64,000 nt of DNA from Ignavibacteriota bacterium (GTDB lineage: Bacteria; Bacteroidota; Ignavibacteria; UBA10030; UBA6906), in the NCBI GenBank assembly GCA_963801355.1, contig CAWDEM010000008.1, positions 2,560,001 through 2,624,000 of the forward strand, given 5' to 3'. The position numbers were made by a program, and so were the translations under genes. Below are positions 1 to 10,626 of this stretch, piece by piece (position 1 is the stretch's first letter; each line of letters opens with the position of its first letter). A model generated the notes under the pieces. It worked only from the letters and a program-made list of their open reading frames with translations, was not told where the DNA came from and did no database searches.

Positions 1-60
1 GCCGCCGGAGTACCTTCCGGGGCGGCGCTCTGCCCGCACACTCGCACAGCCATGCAACGG

Positions 61-1167
61 TCAGACGAAAAACCCGCGAATCGTATCAGATATGTAGGTG
101 ATTTGCTCCTCATTCAATTCCGGATACATCGGCAACGACAGGATTTCGCGCGCCGCTTTTTCGGCGACAGGGAAATCCCCTTCTTTGTACCCCAAATGGG
201 CAAAGGCCTTCTGCAGATGGAGCGGAATCGGATAGTGCAATCCTGTGGCAATCCCTTTCGCTTCGAGGTGCTGCTGCAACTCGTCCCGTTTTGTGACCCG
301 GATCACATAGAGGTGGTAGACATGCTTCGCGTAGGCCATCTCCCCCGGGGGAACAACCCCGGGGATACCCTCCAGATGCTTTCTGTACAGCGCTGCGTTG
401 CGGCGCCGGCTCTCGGTCCAGGCCCCCAGGTGGCGGAGCTTGACACCCAGCACAGCCCCCTGGATCCCTTCCATGCGGTAGTTGTGCCCGTACATTTCGT
501 GCTGGTACTTCTTCTCCGCCCCATGGTCACGAATCATTTTGAATTTGCGTGCCAGTTCGGCATCGTTCGTCGCCACCGCACCCCCCTCTCCATACGCACC
601 CAGGTTCTTGCCGGGATAGAAGCTGAATGACGAAGCCCGCGAAAGCCCTCCGGTTCGCCTGCCTTTGTACTCGGCGAAGTGCGACTGTGCACAATCTTCG
701 ACCAGGATGACATTGTGCTTGCGTGCGATTTCGTTGAGGGGGCCCATGTCAGCCGGCTGGCCGAACAGGTGCACGGCGACGATGGCCCTGGTCCGCGACG
801 TAATCTTCGCTTCGACCTTTTGCGGATCAATATTGTAGCTGTCGGGTTCGCACTCCACGAAGACGGGGGTCGCTCCACAGAGAGTTGCTCCCCATGCCGT
901 CGCGATGAACGTGTTTACGGGTATGATCACCTCATCCCCCGGACCGATACCGAGGGCCCAGAGCACCATGTGATTGCCGTCTGTACCGGAGCTCACACCG
1001 TAACAGTACCGGACTCCGTGCGCCGCGCCGAACGCGGTTTCAAATTCGGACACAGGCTTGCCCAGAACATATGCGGTATTGTCCAGGACAGAGTGAATTG
1101 CAGGAAGCACCTCATCCTTGATGGAAGCATACTGTGCTTTGAGATCGACAAATGGCACGCGCATCAT
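61..1167 (-). CDS. DegT/DnrJ/EryC1/StrS family PLP-dependent sugar aminotransferase (WbpE-like)
   Basis: VPFVDLKAQY N-terminus, VEDCAQSH, SFYPGKNLGAYGEGG with the PLP lysine, LSLPMYPEL. Confidence 0.95.
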   Translation of the reverse strand: MMRVPFVDLKAQYASIKDEVLPAIHSVLDNTAYVLGKPVSEFETAFGAAHGVRYCYGVSSGTDGNHMVLWALGIGPGDEVIIPVNTFIATAWGATLCGATPVFVECEPDSYNIDPQKVEAKITSRTRAIVAVHLFGQPADMGPLNEIARKHNVILVEDCAQSHFAEYKGRRTGGLSRASSFSFYPGKNLGAYGEGGAVATNDAELARKFKMIRDHGAEKKYQHEMYGHNYRMEGIQGAVLGVKLRHLGAWTESRRRNAALYRKHLEGIPGVVPPGEMAYAKHVYHLYVIRVTKRDELQQHLEAKGIATGLHYPIPLHLQKAFAHLGYKEGDFPVAEKAAREILSLPMYPELNEEQITYISDTIRGFFV

Positions 1168-2369
1168 AGATGGTCCTTTATATCGTTATCGTTGAAAGAA
1201 GTAACAGCCGTGACAACACCGTCATGGATGGTGTGACGTACAATCGACGCGTGTCCCGCTGCGGGGCCGTCAACGGCCAGCGACACACCATCGGACCGGA
1301 GCACCGTGCCGCTCCGGTCGCGCCACCAGCGGGAGATTTCACGCGGCGGCACATGCCACATGCCGGACTGCGTCTTCATAAAATGCAGGAACTCCTCATA
1401 CAGCGCAAGACGCCTGTCATCCACCATATAGTCGGGGTGTACATTGACAACCACAAGCCCCCCCTGCTTCACTATCCATTCCACTTTCTCTTTCCATATC
1501 CCGATATCGCGCCGGTTCAGAATCTCGAAGAGTGTATGATCCTGCGGCAGGGTCATCGGGAGTTCCACCAGAGTTCCGATGAAGTACGGCCAGACGCTGC
1601 AGCATCCGCCGGGTTGCGGCTCATACGGATCGGTATCCGGAAAGGAACTGTCGTACTCAAATTGGAGTTCGGTCATCCAGGCGGCATTGCGCAGCGTGGA
1701 CGGCGAACGGAATCCGGAAGCACCCCACGCGCGCGCATAAGAATGAATCCGCTCGAGGCGCTTCGCAAAAACGGCGTGTGACTGGAATAGTCTGCCGTCA
1801 TGCTTGAGACCGTGGATGCCGATCTCGAAGCCGTCGCCGCGCAGGCGGTCAACGATCGCCCGGTCGATGGGATACCGCTCGGGGACAAGATTCCAGGAGG
1901 AGGTGAACCCCAGGCGTTGTTCGAGGCGCGCGAGCGCGGGTGCACGGCGCAACCCTGCATCAAACTCAACGTCATGTGTAATGGCGAACGCGAAGCGGCG
2001 GCCGTCCGGCCAGAAGGAAAGACGCGGCACCTCAGGGACATGCTGGAGCAACGCCCGCAGGTATGCCTCGACGGCGTCCGCCAGCACCGGTTCGACGGGC
2101 CATGCGGGGAACGCCGCGGTGGCTTGGACTGTGGTGAATCGTTGTCGCAACGCGATCTGCAACCTCCGCGGGATCACCGGTTTCAGCGCGTAGTATGCCC
2201 GGCGCTTCCATCCGTGTGTATCCTGCACATACCGTTCATACAGGTAATAATCGATTGACGGCGTACGCGGAGGCGGTTCGGGAAGGCCCGCGCTGATCTT
2301 GAGGAGTTCCCGCAGCGTCGAACGCGCCCCGCCGGCGGACAATGCAGCCGCGTCATCCGGCATGTTCAT
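1164..2369 (-). CDS. Polysaccharide deacetylase (CE4-like) family protein
   Basis: AITHDVEFD, EIGIHGLKHDG, GFRSPS, YDSS and VHPDY motifs; 4-nt overlap with the downstream gene. Confidence 0.85.
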   Translation of the reverse strand: MNMPDDAAALSAGGARSTLRELLKISAGLPEPPPRTPSIDYYLYERYVQDTHGWKRRAYYALKPVIPRRLQIALRQRFTTVQATAAFPAWPVEPVLADAVEAYLRALLQHVPEVPRLSFWPDGRRFAFAITHDVEFDAGLRRAPALARLEQRLGFTSSWNLVPERYPIDRAIVDRLRGDGFEIGIHGLKHDGRLFQSHAVFAKRLERIHSYARAWGASGFRSPSTLRNAAWMTELQFEYDSSFPDTDPYEPQPGGCCSVWPYFIGTLVELPMTLPQDHTLFEILNRRDIGIWKEKVEWIVKQGGLVVVNVHPDYMVDDRRLALYEEFLHFMKTQSGMWHVPPREISRWWRDRSGTVLRSDGVSLAVDGPAAGHASIVRHTIHDGVVTAVTSFNDNDIKDHL

Positions 2370-3384
2370 ACAAGACCTTTCCGATGAGTTTCAGGAGCGG
2401 CAGGGGCAGATGCCGCATGATGGGTTTCAGGACACCGCCGTGCCCTGCGGGCTTTCTCCCCGCTCCACCGGCATCAGCCGGCACCCGGTAGTACCGGAGC
2501 ATCGTCTCTTCTGCGCCCCACCCCCGTTTGTACTTGATAAGGCCTTCACCATCCAGGTCGCTGCGCCCGAGATCCGCCGTGTGGTATCCATGTTCACATG
2601 CCCAGCGTAGTGCATCCCACAGGATACCCGGGTTCGCGCTGAGGTGGAGAAAGGCTTCATTGGATGCGTTGAACTTGTGATAGAGGACGCCTTGATAGTG
2701 CAGAAAGACGCTCGCTGCAATCGCCTCCTCCTCGAACGTGGCAACGCTGACAAATCCCAACCCGCCCGCAACAAGAAGCTCATGGAAGAGCTCGAAGAAC
2801 CGGTCGGGCTGCGGGGGGATACCGTGCTTCCGACGTGTGACGTAATTCAGACGTACAAACGAGGCCATAGCTCCGGCATCGGTGCGCCGGGCCACCGTCA
2901 CGCCGGCCTTCTCAAACTTCTTCAGGGTGTATTGTGTTCTCTTCTTCTCAAAGGTCTTGAACAGCAGTTGCGGGTCCGGCAGGAGTTTCACGCGATGCAG
3001 CATATACTCCGCTGCAGCGGCTCCGTGCGGCGACCCGCCGCGAATCTCGACGTACTTCCAGTGCCGTAGTCCGCACAGCTCCGTTGCACGGGCAAGAAGG
3101 CTGTCGCCTGCTGCGTCGTCCCGCACCAGAAGCGTACTCGTGTCAGAGAACGGCAGACAGACCGCCCGGGACCCCGTGAGCCTGCTCCGGATTTCCAGCA
3201 ATGGCAGTATCCCGATGACCTCGTCGCCGTCAGAACAGGCAAGTGAAACCTGCCGGTAACCATAGGCGCGTTCCAGTACTTCCATCCAGAGCGGATGATG
3301 GAAGATCAACGCCTCCGGATGGGCATCGACAAACGCGCTCCAGCGCGGATCGGTGTGCGGATCAATGAACTCGACGTGTCTCAT
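2353..3384 (-). CDS. FemAB-like / GNAT family acyl- or aminoacyl-transferase of EPS loci
   Basis: WSAFVDAHPEALIFHHPLW, LPFSD, DLGRS...GLIKYKRGWGA; start moved to the ATG at 3384, which forms an ATGA overlap with the upstream stop. Confidence 0.85.
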   Translation of the reverse strand: MRHVEFIDPHTDPRWSAFVDAHPEALIFHHPLWMEVLERAYGYRQVSLACSDGDEVIGILPLLEIRSRLTGSRAVCLPFSDTSTLLVRDDAAGDSLLARATELCGLRHWKYVEIRGGSPHGAAAAEYMLHRVKLLPDPQLLFKTFEKKRTQYTLKKFEKAGVTVARRTDAGAMASFVRLNYVTRRKHGIPPQPDRFFELFHELLVAGGLGFVSVATFEEEAIAASVFLHYQGVLYHKFNASNEAFLHLSANPGILWDALRWACEHGYHTADLGRSDLDGEGLIKYKRGWGAEETMLRYYRVPADAGGAGRKPAGHGGVLKPIMRHLPLPLLKLIGKVLYEHAG

Positions 3385-4598
3385 CGTTTCAGGACAAAGG
3401 TATACGCCTCGTACAGCCGCTTGACCTGCTGTTGCCACGAGAAAGACTCCTGCACGCGGCGCACACCGATCTGGCCCAGACGGCGCGCCTCATCAGGATA
3501 CTGGAACAGCCGGAGCATCCCCTCGGCAAACGCCGCGGGATCATTGTTGTGCACATACAGTGCAGCATCACCCGCCGAAAACGTGTTCTCCTTCAGATGA
3601 AAGGAAACCGTGGGTTTGCCCAGCGCCATATATTCCATCACCTTTGTCATGGTCGAAAGATCATTGAGGGGATTATGGGGGTCGGGCGAAAGACAGACAT
3701 CGGCGGTGGAAAGAATTGCAAGAGCTTCGGGATCGGGAATGCGGCCGGTGAACACGACATGGTCCTGTATCCGGAGTGTCTCTGCAAGGGACTGGAGGCG
3801 GTCCCAATCATCCCCCTTGCCGATGAGGTACACGAGAAAATCCGTGAACTGCCTCCGGTGTACCAGCTCATGGACGGCCCGCAGGATGTATTCGACCCCA
3901 TCCTGCACCGCCATGACGCCGATGAACGCCGCAACATGGCTTTTCCCCCGGCGCAGGGCCGGTTCCGCCGGCCGGGGAGAGAAGAGGCGCGTGTCCGGCC
4001 CGTTCCGGACCACGAAGGATTTTCCTGTCAGCCGCGGAAGCCGTTCGAGAGCGATGCTTTGATAGGTCAGGTTTGTCGAGAGGACCGCATCGGACACACG
4101 ATACGACAACCCCTGAAACAATCGCTGTAGCCGGTACAGGACGTCTCTTTCGTCGATCGGTTTTTCGAAACGGCTGAGATAGGCTTCCGGCGCCAGATCG
4201 TGCTCATCAAAGATGAATTTGATGCGGAACAGCTTCAGGTAGAGTGCGAGAGGCCAGAAGATGTCCGGGGGATTCGCCGCATGCACAACATGGATACGCC
4301 CGTGAAAAAGCAACGTATGGATCAGCAGAACGGTCTTGAGGAACGCGGTGGCGTACTCTCGCACATAGCCCTTGACCGAACCGTCGGCGAAGTGGTTGCG
4401 ATACCGGCGAATGTGTATCCCATCGAGCACAAGAGCGCGTTCACTGTCTTTGCCGAAGATCGGACAGATCACGCTGACCCGTGCCCCCGCGTCACGGAGC
4501 GCGAGGGCAATATTCCACATACGGCGGTCAAAGGGGACCGCCTCGTTCTCAATCAACAGCACGAAATGCTTACCAGCAAATCCCTTCGTAGTGTCCAT
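3381..4598 (-). CDS. Glycosyltransferase family 4
   Basis: ENEAVPFDRRMW, HAANPPD, KVMEYMALGKP; start taken at MDTTKG (4598). Confidence 0.9.
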   Translation of the reverse strand: MDTTKGFAGKHFVLLIENEAVPFDRRMWNIALALRDAGARVSVICPIFGKDSERALVLDGIHIRRYRNHFADGSVKGYVREYATAFLKTVLLIHTLLFHGRIHVVHAANPPDIFWPLALYLKLFRIKFIFDEHDLAPEAYLSRFEKPIDERDVLYRLQRLFQGLSYRVSDAVLSTNLTYQSIALERLPRLTGKSFVVRNGPDTRLFSPRPAEPALRRGKSHVAAFIGVMAVQDGVEYILRAVHELVHRRQFTDFLVYLIGKGDDWDRLQSLAETLRIQDHVVFTGRIPDPEALAILSTADVCLSPDPHNPLNDLSTMTKVMEYMALGKPTVSFHLKENTFSAGDAALYVHNNDPAAFAEGMLRLFQYPDEARRLGQIGVRRVQESFSWQQQVKRLYEAYTFVLKR

Positions 4599-5892
4599 TG
4601 CCAGCCGTCCGCTCTTCTGATATGCGTACGAGGTCATACACGATCTGTCCGGGCTTGATCTTCTCCAGGGCTGCAGGGAACCCTTCGCCCCTGTTCGCAA
4701 TGAGGATGACCTCGGCCTGGTCCAGCACATCTTCCAGGGAACCCTTCATGAGTGAAGAAATATGAGGAATTTCCTGCTCGATATAGGATTTGTTGGCGCC
4801 CACCAGCCGGGAGATATTGACGTTGGCATCGTAGATCGAGAGGTCGTACCCTTTTCCGATGAGAGCCTCGACAACCGCGACAATGGGGCTCTCGCGCAGA
4901 TCATCCGTATCCTGCTTGAAGCTCAATCCCAGGATCCCGATTCTCTTCCGTTTTGTCTGAACGACCCAGTCGATCACACGCTGCACCTGGGCGTTGTTGC
5001 TGGGCATGAGAGATTGAAGCAACGGTGTGGCGATATCCAGCCGGCGTGATTCATAGGTGATCGCCCTGACATCCTTGGGCAGACACGACCCGCCGAAGGC
5101 GAAGCCCGGCTTCAGATAGTACGGCGAAATGTTCAGTTTGGTGTCTTCGGTGAAGACGTTCATCACCACATGGCTGTCGATGTCCAGTTTTTTGCAAATA
5201 GCACCGATCTCATTCGCGAACGTGACTTTCACTGCATGGAAGGCGTTGCATGCATACTTCAGGATTTCCGCTTCGCGCACCTTCACCGCGTGAAACGGAG
5301 CCGGAATCCCGCTGTACATCTGTCGCAGCAGGTTGACAATGGTCTCGTCCGATCCACCCACCACAGTGTAGGGCGGATGTTCGAAATCGAAGACCGAGGT
5401 TCCTTCCCGCAGGAATTCGGGGTTGGCTGCGACGCCGAAATCCCGTCCCATCTGTTTCCCCGATTCGCGGGCAATGATGGCGGCGGCTTTGTCGACCGTC
5501 CCGGGAAGCACGGTACTCCGGATCACGAAGCCGTGATAACCGTTCTTCAGCCGGAGGGCCTGGCCGACCTGTTCCGCCACACGCAAGACCTGGTCCAGGT
5601 TGAGGCTGCCATTCGAACTGCTGGGGGTCCCGACGCACACCAGACTCAGATCGGTCTGCTTGACGGCATCCGTCAGGTTTGTGGTCGCACTGAGTCTGCG
5701 TGCACTCACCGCTTCCTGGAGCAGGGTATCAATGCCGGGTTCGACAATTGGTGCGATCCCTCTGCTGATCAATTCCGCCTTGGACGGATTCGTATCGACG
5801 CCGATGATCCGGTGGCCATGCTTGGCAAGGCAGACCGCCGACACCGCGCCGACATAGCCGAGTCCAAATATGCTAATGTTCACGGATGCCAT
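4570..5892 (-). CDS. algD: GDP-mannose 6-dehydrogenase-like nucleotide-sugar dehydrogenase
   Basis: ISIFGLGYVGAV Rossmann motif, NPEFLREG, catalytic FGGSCLPKD, and C-terminal EGICW as in Pseudomonas AlgD; substrate (GDP-Man or UDP-Glc) not provable from sequence. Confidence 0.8.
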   Translation of the reverse strand: MASVNISIFGLGYVGAVSAVCLAKHGHRIIGVDTNPSKAELISRGIAPIVEPGIDTLLQEAVSARRLSATTNLTDAVKQTDLSLVCVGTPSSSNGSLNLDQVLRVAEQVGQALRLKNGYHGFVIRSTVLPGTVDKAAAIIARESGKQMGRDFGVAANPEFLREGTSVFDFEHPPYTVVGGSDETIVNLLRQMYSGIPAPFHAVKVREAEILKYACNAFHAVKVTFANEIGAICKKLDIDSHVVMNVFTEDTKLNISPYYLKPGFAFGGSCLPKDVRAITYESRRLDIATPLLQSLMPSNNAQVQRVIDWVVQTKRKRIGILGLSFKQDTDDLRESPIVAVVEALIGKGYDLSIYDANVNISRLVGANKSYIEQEIPHISSLMKGSLEDVLDQAEVILIANRGEGFPAALEKIKPGQIVYDLVRISEERTAGNGHYEGICW

Positions 5893-7063
5893 CCTTCAGT
5901 AAAAGATGAGCGAGAGCATGGAACATTGTGGCTGCGCCCCAGTGTATCGTCGGGGTGGTGTTGGTGAACCATGCGTTCTTCCAGAGATAGAAATACCCTT
6001 TCCTGTCCTGCATATTCCGGATCGTCCACCGGGCCACTCGCACGGCAACGTCGTACAGCTCCGGACGGTTGTATGCGGTGCCGAACAGCGTGAGCGTATC
6101 AATACCCTGTGCCGAACTCTGAATATCGTATTTGTAGTCCCGGTTCCAGTAGTACTTCGGCGCCCCGTCCGGTCTGAAGAAATGCTTCTCGTAGAAGGCG
6201 AATCCCTTGCGGATCGCCGGGTCGAAACGGTTGTCCCCCGTGCTGGTTTGATACCCCAGAAGCGCGTCCAGATTGTAGGCGGTGTGCCAGTTGTCAATCC
6301 AGTGGTACATGGGGTCTTCCCCGTAGTACCAGCTCCCTTCCGGGAGCTGACACGCCACACTGTACTCGACCGCCTGCGCGGCGAGAGTAAGAAGGCTCCG
6401 ATCGCCGGTTTCCCGGTACACTTCTGCGAGGAGACGGGCGCCGAGAAGATTCGCATTGTGAACGGGAAGTTCTGCATCCACAACGTAGCTCAGGCAGAGC
6501 CCGCGCGGGGTGGAGACCCGCGGTATGTCGTTCGTTATGAATTCCGCGACACGCTCCGCCAGGGCCAGGTAACGCTTATCGTTGAGGAGACGGTAGGATG
6601 TGATCAGATGATGGCCGATCAAACCGGACCAGACAATGGTGGGCGCCCCCATGGGAATGTCCGATCCGCGGGAGATATAGTCAAAGGCATTCCCCCAGCA
6701 TGCGCCGTGATATCCCTTGGACGCATGATCCGTAAGCCATTGAAGGCAGAAATCGGCCTTTGTGCGGTATTTCGCCTCGCCCGTGAGGGCATGCAGCTGG
6801 GCGTACCCGGCCATGAGGAACCCCATCCCTTTTGTGCTTTGTTGCGGCCGGATACCCAGCAGGGGACGCAGGTTGAACGGATTCCTGCGCACGAACTGTT
6901 GCAGGACCTGCTGCGGGAACCGCCGGCGGAAGGTCAAGGGCCGCAGGTACGACAGCAACCCGTCAAACGGGTCGTACGCCCGGTAGTCGTTCTTCACCAG
7001 CCAGGAGTCCAACAACTGGAGGGAGTCCCAGAGATCCTTTCTGGCGGCGCTGACTTCAATCAT
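5873..7063 (-). CDS. Conserved EPS-locus protein, probable (alpha/alpha)6-barrel (six-hairpin glycosidase-like)
   Basis: YDPFDGL, CWGNAFDY, HNANLLGA, GSWYYG, IDNWHTAY; Trp/Tyr-rich helical repeats; function not assignable. Confidence 0.6.
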   Translation of the reverse strand: MIEVSAARKDLWDSLQLLDSWLVKNDYRAYDPFDGLLSYLRPLTFRRRFPQQVLQQFVRRNPFNLRPLLGIRPQQSTKGMGFLMAGYAQLHALTGEAKYRTKADFCLQWLTDHASKGYHGACWGNAFDYISRGSDIPMGAPTIVWSGLIGHHLITSYRLLNDKRYLALAERVAEFITNDIPRVSTPRGLCLSYVVDAELPVHNANLLGARLLAEVYRETGDRSLLTLAAQAVEYSVACQLPEGSWYYGEDPMYHWIDNWHTAYNLDALLGYQTSTGDNRFDPAIRKGFAFYEKHFFRPDGAPKYYWNRDYKYDIQSSAQGIDTLTLFGTAYNRPELYDVAVRVARWTIRNMQDRKGYFYLWKNAWFTNTTPTIHWGAATMFHALAHLLLKDGIREH

Positions 7064-8193
7064 GCCTGACCTTGCACCAATTGGCGGTAGACGGTTTCGA
7101 ACGCGCGGAAATTCTGATCCCAGTCAGCCCGTGACCGGACGACGGCAACATTATTGTCACCGTATTCCTTCATGCGTTCGGGAGTGCGCGAAGCCTCCAC
7201 GATCGCCGCAGCGAGACCCCGGGCATCACCGCGCGGCACGATAATGCCATTCCGCCCCGGCACCACCCACTCCAGGATGGACGGGACGTCGGTGACCACG
7301 ACACCCAAACGCGCCGCCATGGCTTCGAGCAACGACACGGAAGTTCCGTCGCTGTGGGAGGACGATACGTACAAGTCCGCGGCGTGGAGATACTTGTACA
7401 GGAGGTCGCGCGGAATCTTCCCCGGGGTGAAGAACGAACCTGTGAGATTATGGTCGTGAATGAACCGCATAAATGTCGGGGTCAGGCTTCCTCCCCCGAT
7501 GAATAAGACCCGGACGTCGGGATTTTCTTTCAACACCGTTACCATGGCGTTGAGGAAGATGTCGATGCCGTACACGCCCTCATGGTGGCGGTTCATCATA
7601 ATAACGAAGTTCGATTCCCACCCCAATTCCTTCCGCAGGATGTCGCGCCAGGGGGAGCGGAGGCTCGCGATGGTCTCAATTTCCACGCCCCGCGGAATGA
7701 CGGTGATCCGGGCCGATGGATAGCCGTAGCGGCGGATGATCCTCTCCTTGACGGGTTCCGCATCGACCGTCACCCAGTCTGCAGCCCGAAAGGCCACGCG
7801 GTTGAACCAGTCCAGCATCCGGAACCGATCGGGATCGAGCAGGATATCCGATGCATAGGGCGCCACCAGGAGCGGATGAAAACCCGTGAGGCCTGCCAGG
7901 AAGGAATCATTCCAGCTGTTGCCGGAATGGATCACGTCGGGTTTGAATTCGCGGATGGTCCGTTGCAGGCGCGGCAGGATGTGCACAGACAGCGCCCGCT
8001 GCAGCTTCCCCGCAAACCGGAGAGGCACGAAATCCACAGTCACACCGGGGAGCGCAGCGAAAGAATCTTTGAGGCGCCGGTAGTGATACGCGAATATCCG
8101 GGTCTCATACCCCCGTTGAGACAGGGCGACCAGGAATTTCTCTTCATGGGCTCCGATGCCGTTACACGGCGATACGAACAGAATCCTCATCAT
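7060..8193 (-). CDS. Glycosyltransferase family 4
   Basis: YVSSSHSDGTSVSLLEAMA motif, GT-B pattern. Confidence 0.9.
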   Translation of the reverse strand: MMRILFVSPCNGIGAHEEKFLVALSQRGYETRIFAYHYRRLKDSFAALPGVTVDFVPLRFAGKLQRALSVHILPRLQRTIREFKPDVIHSGNSWNDSFLAGLTGFHPLLVAPYASDILLDPDRFRMLDWFNRVAFRAADWVTVDAEPVKERIIRRYGYPSARITVIPRGVEIETIASLRSPWRDILRKELGWESNFVIMMNRHHEGVYGIDIFLNAMVTVLKENPDVRVLFIGGGSLTPTFMRFIHDHNLTGSFFTPGKIPRDLLYKYLHAADLYVSSSHSDGTSVSLLEAMAARLGVVVTDVPSILEWVVPGRNGIIVPRGDARGLAAAIVEASRTPERMKEYGDNNVAVVRSRADWDQNFRAFETVYRQLVQGQA

Positions 8194-9310
8194 GCCCCGT
8201 CGCGTCAGAAGACTTCTTCAGCATTGACAACAGATACGGTTTCAGGTTATGTCCGACAATCCGGTCCCACGTGTAGCCCTCGACGGTGGCACGGATCGCC
8301 TGTGAGTCATACCGGCGACGATTCCGGGCAAGTGCCAGGAGACCCCGGTAGACGTCCTCAGCGGTATCGCCGATCAGCACACCCGACTGCTCTGTCATGA
8401 TCCGTGCATTTTCAGAAGTCGAGGTAGCCAGCACCGCCATCCCCGCAAGCAGGTACTCGAACAGCTTTGTCGGCGGCTGGCAATCGTAGTAGTCCACAAG
8501 AGGTATGAATGCGATGCCGATATTGTTCCGTTCAAGGAACGGGCCGAGTTCAGGATAGGGGACACGCCCGTGGTACGTGATGGCATCTGCACAACCGCAG
8601 CGTGCTATTGCGGCACGCAATTCGTCCTCATCGTGTGGACGACCGAAGCCGACAATGTCATACGCGCACCGGATGTCGCCGCCGCACTCCCGGAAGAACT
8701 TCGCGAATCCCTCGACGGTGCGATCAATGTGGCGGGACTCAAGCGTCCCGACATATAACAGGTGCATACTCTCGAAATCTTTTGTGCCGACTTCCGGGAC
8801 GGTTGCACCGAGAGGGAGCACGTGCGATTTCTTCCGGCTGATGTGCAGGAACCGGCGCAGGCTGTCCGAGATGATCGTGACGTGCCGGAACATCAACGCA
8901 TCCAGAAGGATCCACGTATTGAAGACCCGCCGGAGGGCATTGCTCCGTCTGACATAGCCGGACCGGATGTCAAGGATACATCGTGTCCGCGGGGACAGGA
9001 GAGGAATGATTCCCGCCCCTGCAAAGTACGAAAGGAACACAAGGTCAAAGTCCCCGCTGCGGATTTCGGACAGGAGCCGGAAGATGAACGCGATGTAGCG
9101 GGAGAAGCTGTTTCTCCTCCCGAAGAAATGTTTGATTGCCACCCGCTCCAGGTCGATGTCGGGCAGGCCGCTGCTCCATCCAAGGTAGGTAATCGCAAAG
9201 CTATCGCGCAGGTGAAGGACATGCTGAAAGGAATCGGTCAGATAGCCGAACTGATCCCGCCCGGCCACCAGTATGCGTGGAAGGCGGCGGTGGATCTCAG
9301 ACTTCTGCAT
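8162..9310 (-). CDS. Glycosyltransferase (GT-B, family 4-like)
   Basis: LLYVGTL, QPPTKLFEYLLAGMAVLAT. Confidence 0.85.
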   Translation of the reverse strand: MQKSEIHRRLPRILVAGRDQFGYLTDSFQHVLHLRDSFAITYLGWSSGLPDIDLERVAIKHFFGRRNSFSRYIAFIFRLLSEIRSGDFDLVFLSYFAGAGIIPLLSPRTRCILDIRSGYVRRSNALRRVFNTWILLDALMFRHVTIISDSLRRFLHISRKKSHVLPLGATVPEVGTKDFESMHLLYVGTLESRHIDRTVEGFAKFFRECGGDIRCAYDIVGFGRPHDEDELRAAIARCGCADAITYHGRVPYPELGPFLERNNIGIAFIPLVDYYDCQPPTKLFEYLLAGMAVLATSTSENARIMTEQSGVLIGDTAEDVYRGLLALARNRRRYDSQAIRATVEGYTWDRIVGHNLKPYLLSMLKKSSDATGHDEDSVRIAV

Positions 9311-10586
9311 CAGGCGAAGCCTCCTCGGCCTCCGTCTCGGGCAGATCCTCCGGATTTTCGCTCATCCCTCCCTCACTGGTCCAAATCATGATGAACGTGG
9401 TGATGAGTGCGAACGTCCTGTCCACCATGGCTTCGTTGTAGAACCAGACGATGAAGATGCTGAATGCCAGAAACCAGTACAGCTTCCGCAGGGTGGGGTA
9501 CAGAGACGCGCTCGTACGCATCCAGGCAAACATCGCGAAGCTCAACGTGAGAACTGCGAGGAGTCCCCCCTGAATCCAGGCGCGGAACAGAAGAATCCGC
9601 GATCCCGTCACGAGGTAGTACAGGGCACGGCCGAGGCGTGACACACCGAGGACATTCCCGCCTCCCACCACTCCGTATCCCATGCCGAGCAGGAAAGATC
9701 CGACATCGTTACCCATCATATCGAACATAACGACCAGGCGCTGGAACCGGGGCATGTCTCCCCCTGTTATGGTCGCGTTAGTCACAAGGTAGCGTTCTAT
9801 GAAATCGATGTCCAGGATGTTGCGGGTGTCTTCGACTGTCTCGGAGTAGAAGGTGTTCAACATATACACCAGTGCACCTCCCAGCACCAGCAGCGGCAGT
9901 GTTCTCAGGATTCTCTTGGTGGAGCCCGCGACCAGCAGAAAGAAAACGGCAAGCAGAACGAACGAGATCTTCGTCTCGTTGATGGCACAGGGGACAAGGA
10001 TGACAAGCAGAAACGGGAGTTTCCGCAAACTGAAGCTCGATCTGTCTTCAAGGGACGCAAATCGCACGGCAAGGAAGAAACAGATGATAAAGAGAAGTTG
10101 TGTGATGTATCCGCTTCCTCCTGCGGTTCCGTATGTGCCGCCCACGCCGTCACCTGCACCGAACTGAATGAACTGAATGATCGTTACGGGGATCTGGGCA
10201 AGGGCAAACACCACCACGAACTGCGTGAACCTGCGGACCAGAAGAGGCCGGTACTCGGAGTGATACAGATCGTAGACCACAATCAGGGAAGCGAAGAAGA
10301 AGAGCGATTCACGCAAACCGTTCAGGTGTTCCAGGATGCCGAACCGTTCCGAGGTGTACAGAAAGGTCAGCATGGAAAAGAAGAGAAACGCCAGGAAGGC
10401 CCATACACCGTAGAACCGGCGTTGCCGCCAGAGGGTGAGAAATGCGGTGCCCAGCATAAGCGCATCACATCCCGCCAGCACCAGCCGGATGTTGCGATCC
10501 TGACCCGGCATGATCATCGTTGCGAACATGCCGGACACGGAACAAAAGATCAGAATGGTAAAGAAGAGCCAGATGCGAAATTTCAT
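9297..10586 (-). CDS. Wzy-like polysaccharide polymerase / O-antigen ligase-like membrane protein
   Basis: About 10-11 hydrophobic segments with a large late loop (GMGYG), located between the export genes and the glycosyltransferases. Confidence 0.65.
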   Translation of the reverse strand: MKFRIWLFFTILIFCSVSGMFATMIMPGQDRNIRLVLAGCDALMLGTAFLTLWRQRRFYGVWAFLAFLFFSMLTFLYTSERFGILEHLNGLRESLFFFASLIVVYDLYHSEYRPLLVRRFTQFVVVFALAQIPVTIIQFIQFGAGDGVGGTYGTAGGSGYITQLLFIICFFLAVRFASLEDRSSFSLRKLPFLLVILVPCAINETKISFVLLAVFFLLVAGSTKRILRTLPLLVLGGALVYMLNTFYSETVEDTRNILDIDFIERYLVTNATITGGDMPRFQRLVVMFDMMGNDVGSFLLGMGYGVVGGGNVLGVSRLGRALYYLVTGSRILLFRAWIQGGLLAVLTLSFAMFAWMRTSASLYPTLRKLYWFLAFSIFIVWFYNEAMVDRTFALITTFIMIWTSEGGMSENPEDLPETEAEEASPDAEV

Positions 10587-10626
10587 GGGAGCGGGGACGT
10601 ATTGCCACGGCTTCCGTTTTCGGGGT

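Noticed and set aside
1-53. Possible start of the next EPS gene (minus-strand ATG at 53) or a GC-rich hairpin
   Set aside because: Too short at the window edge to support either call
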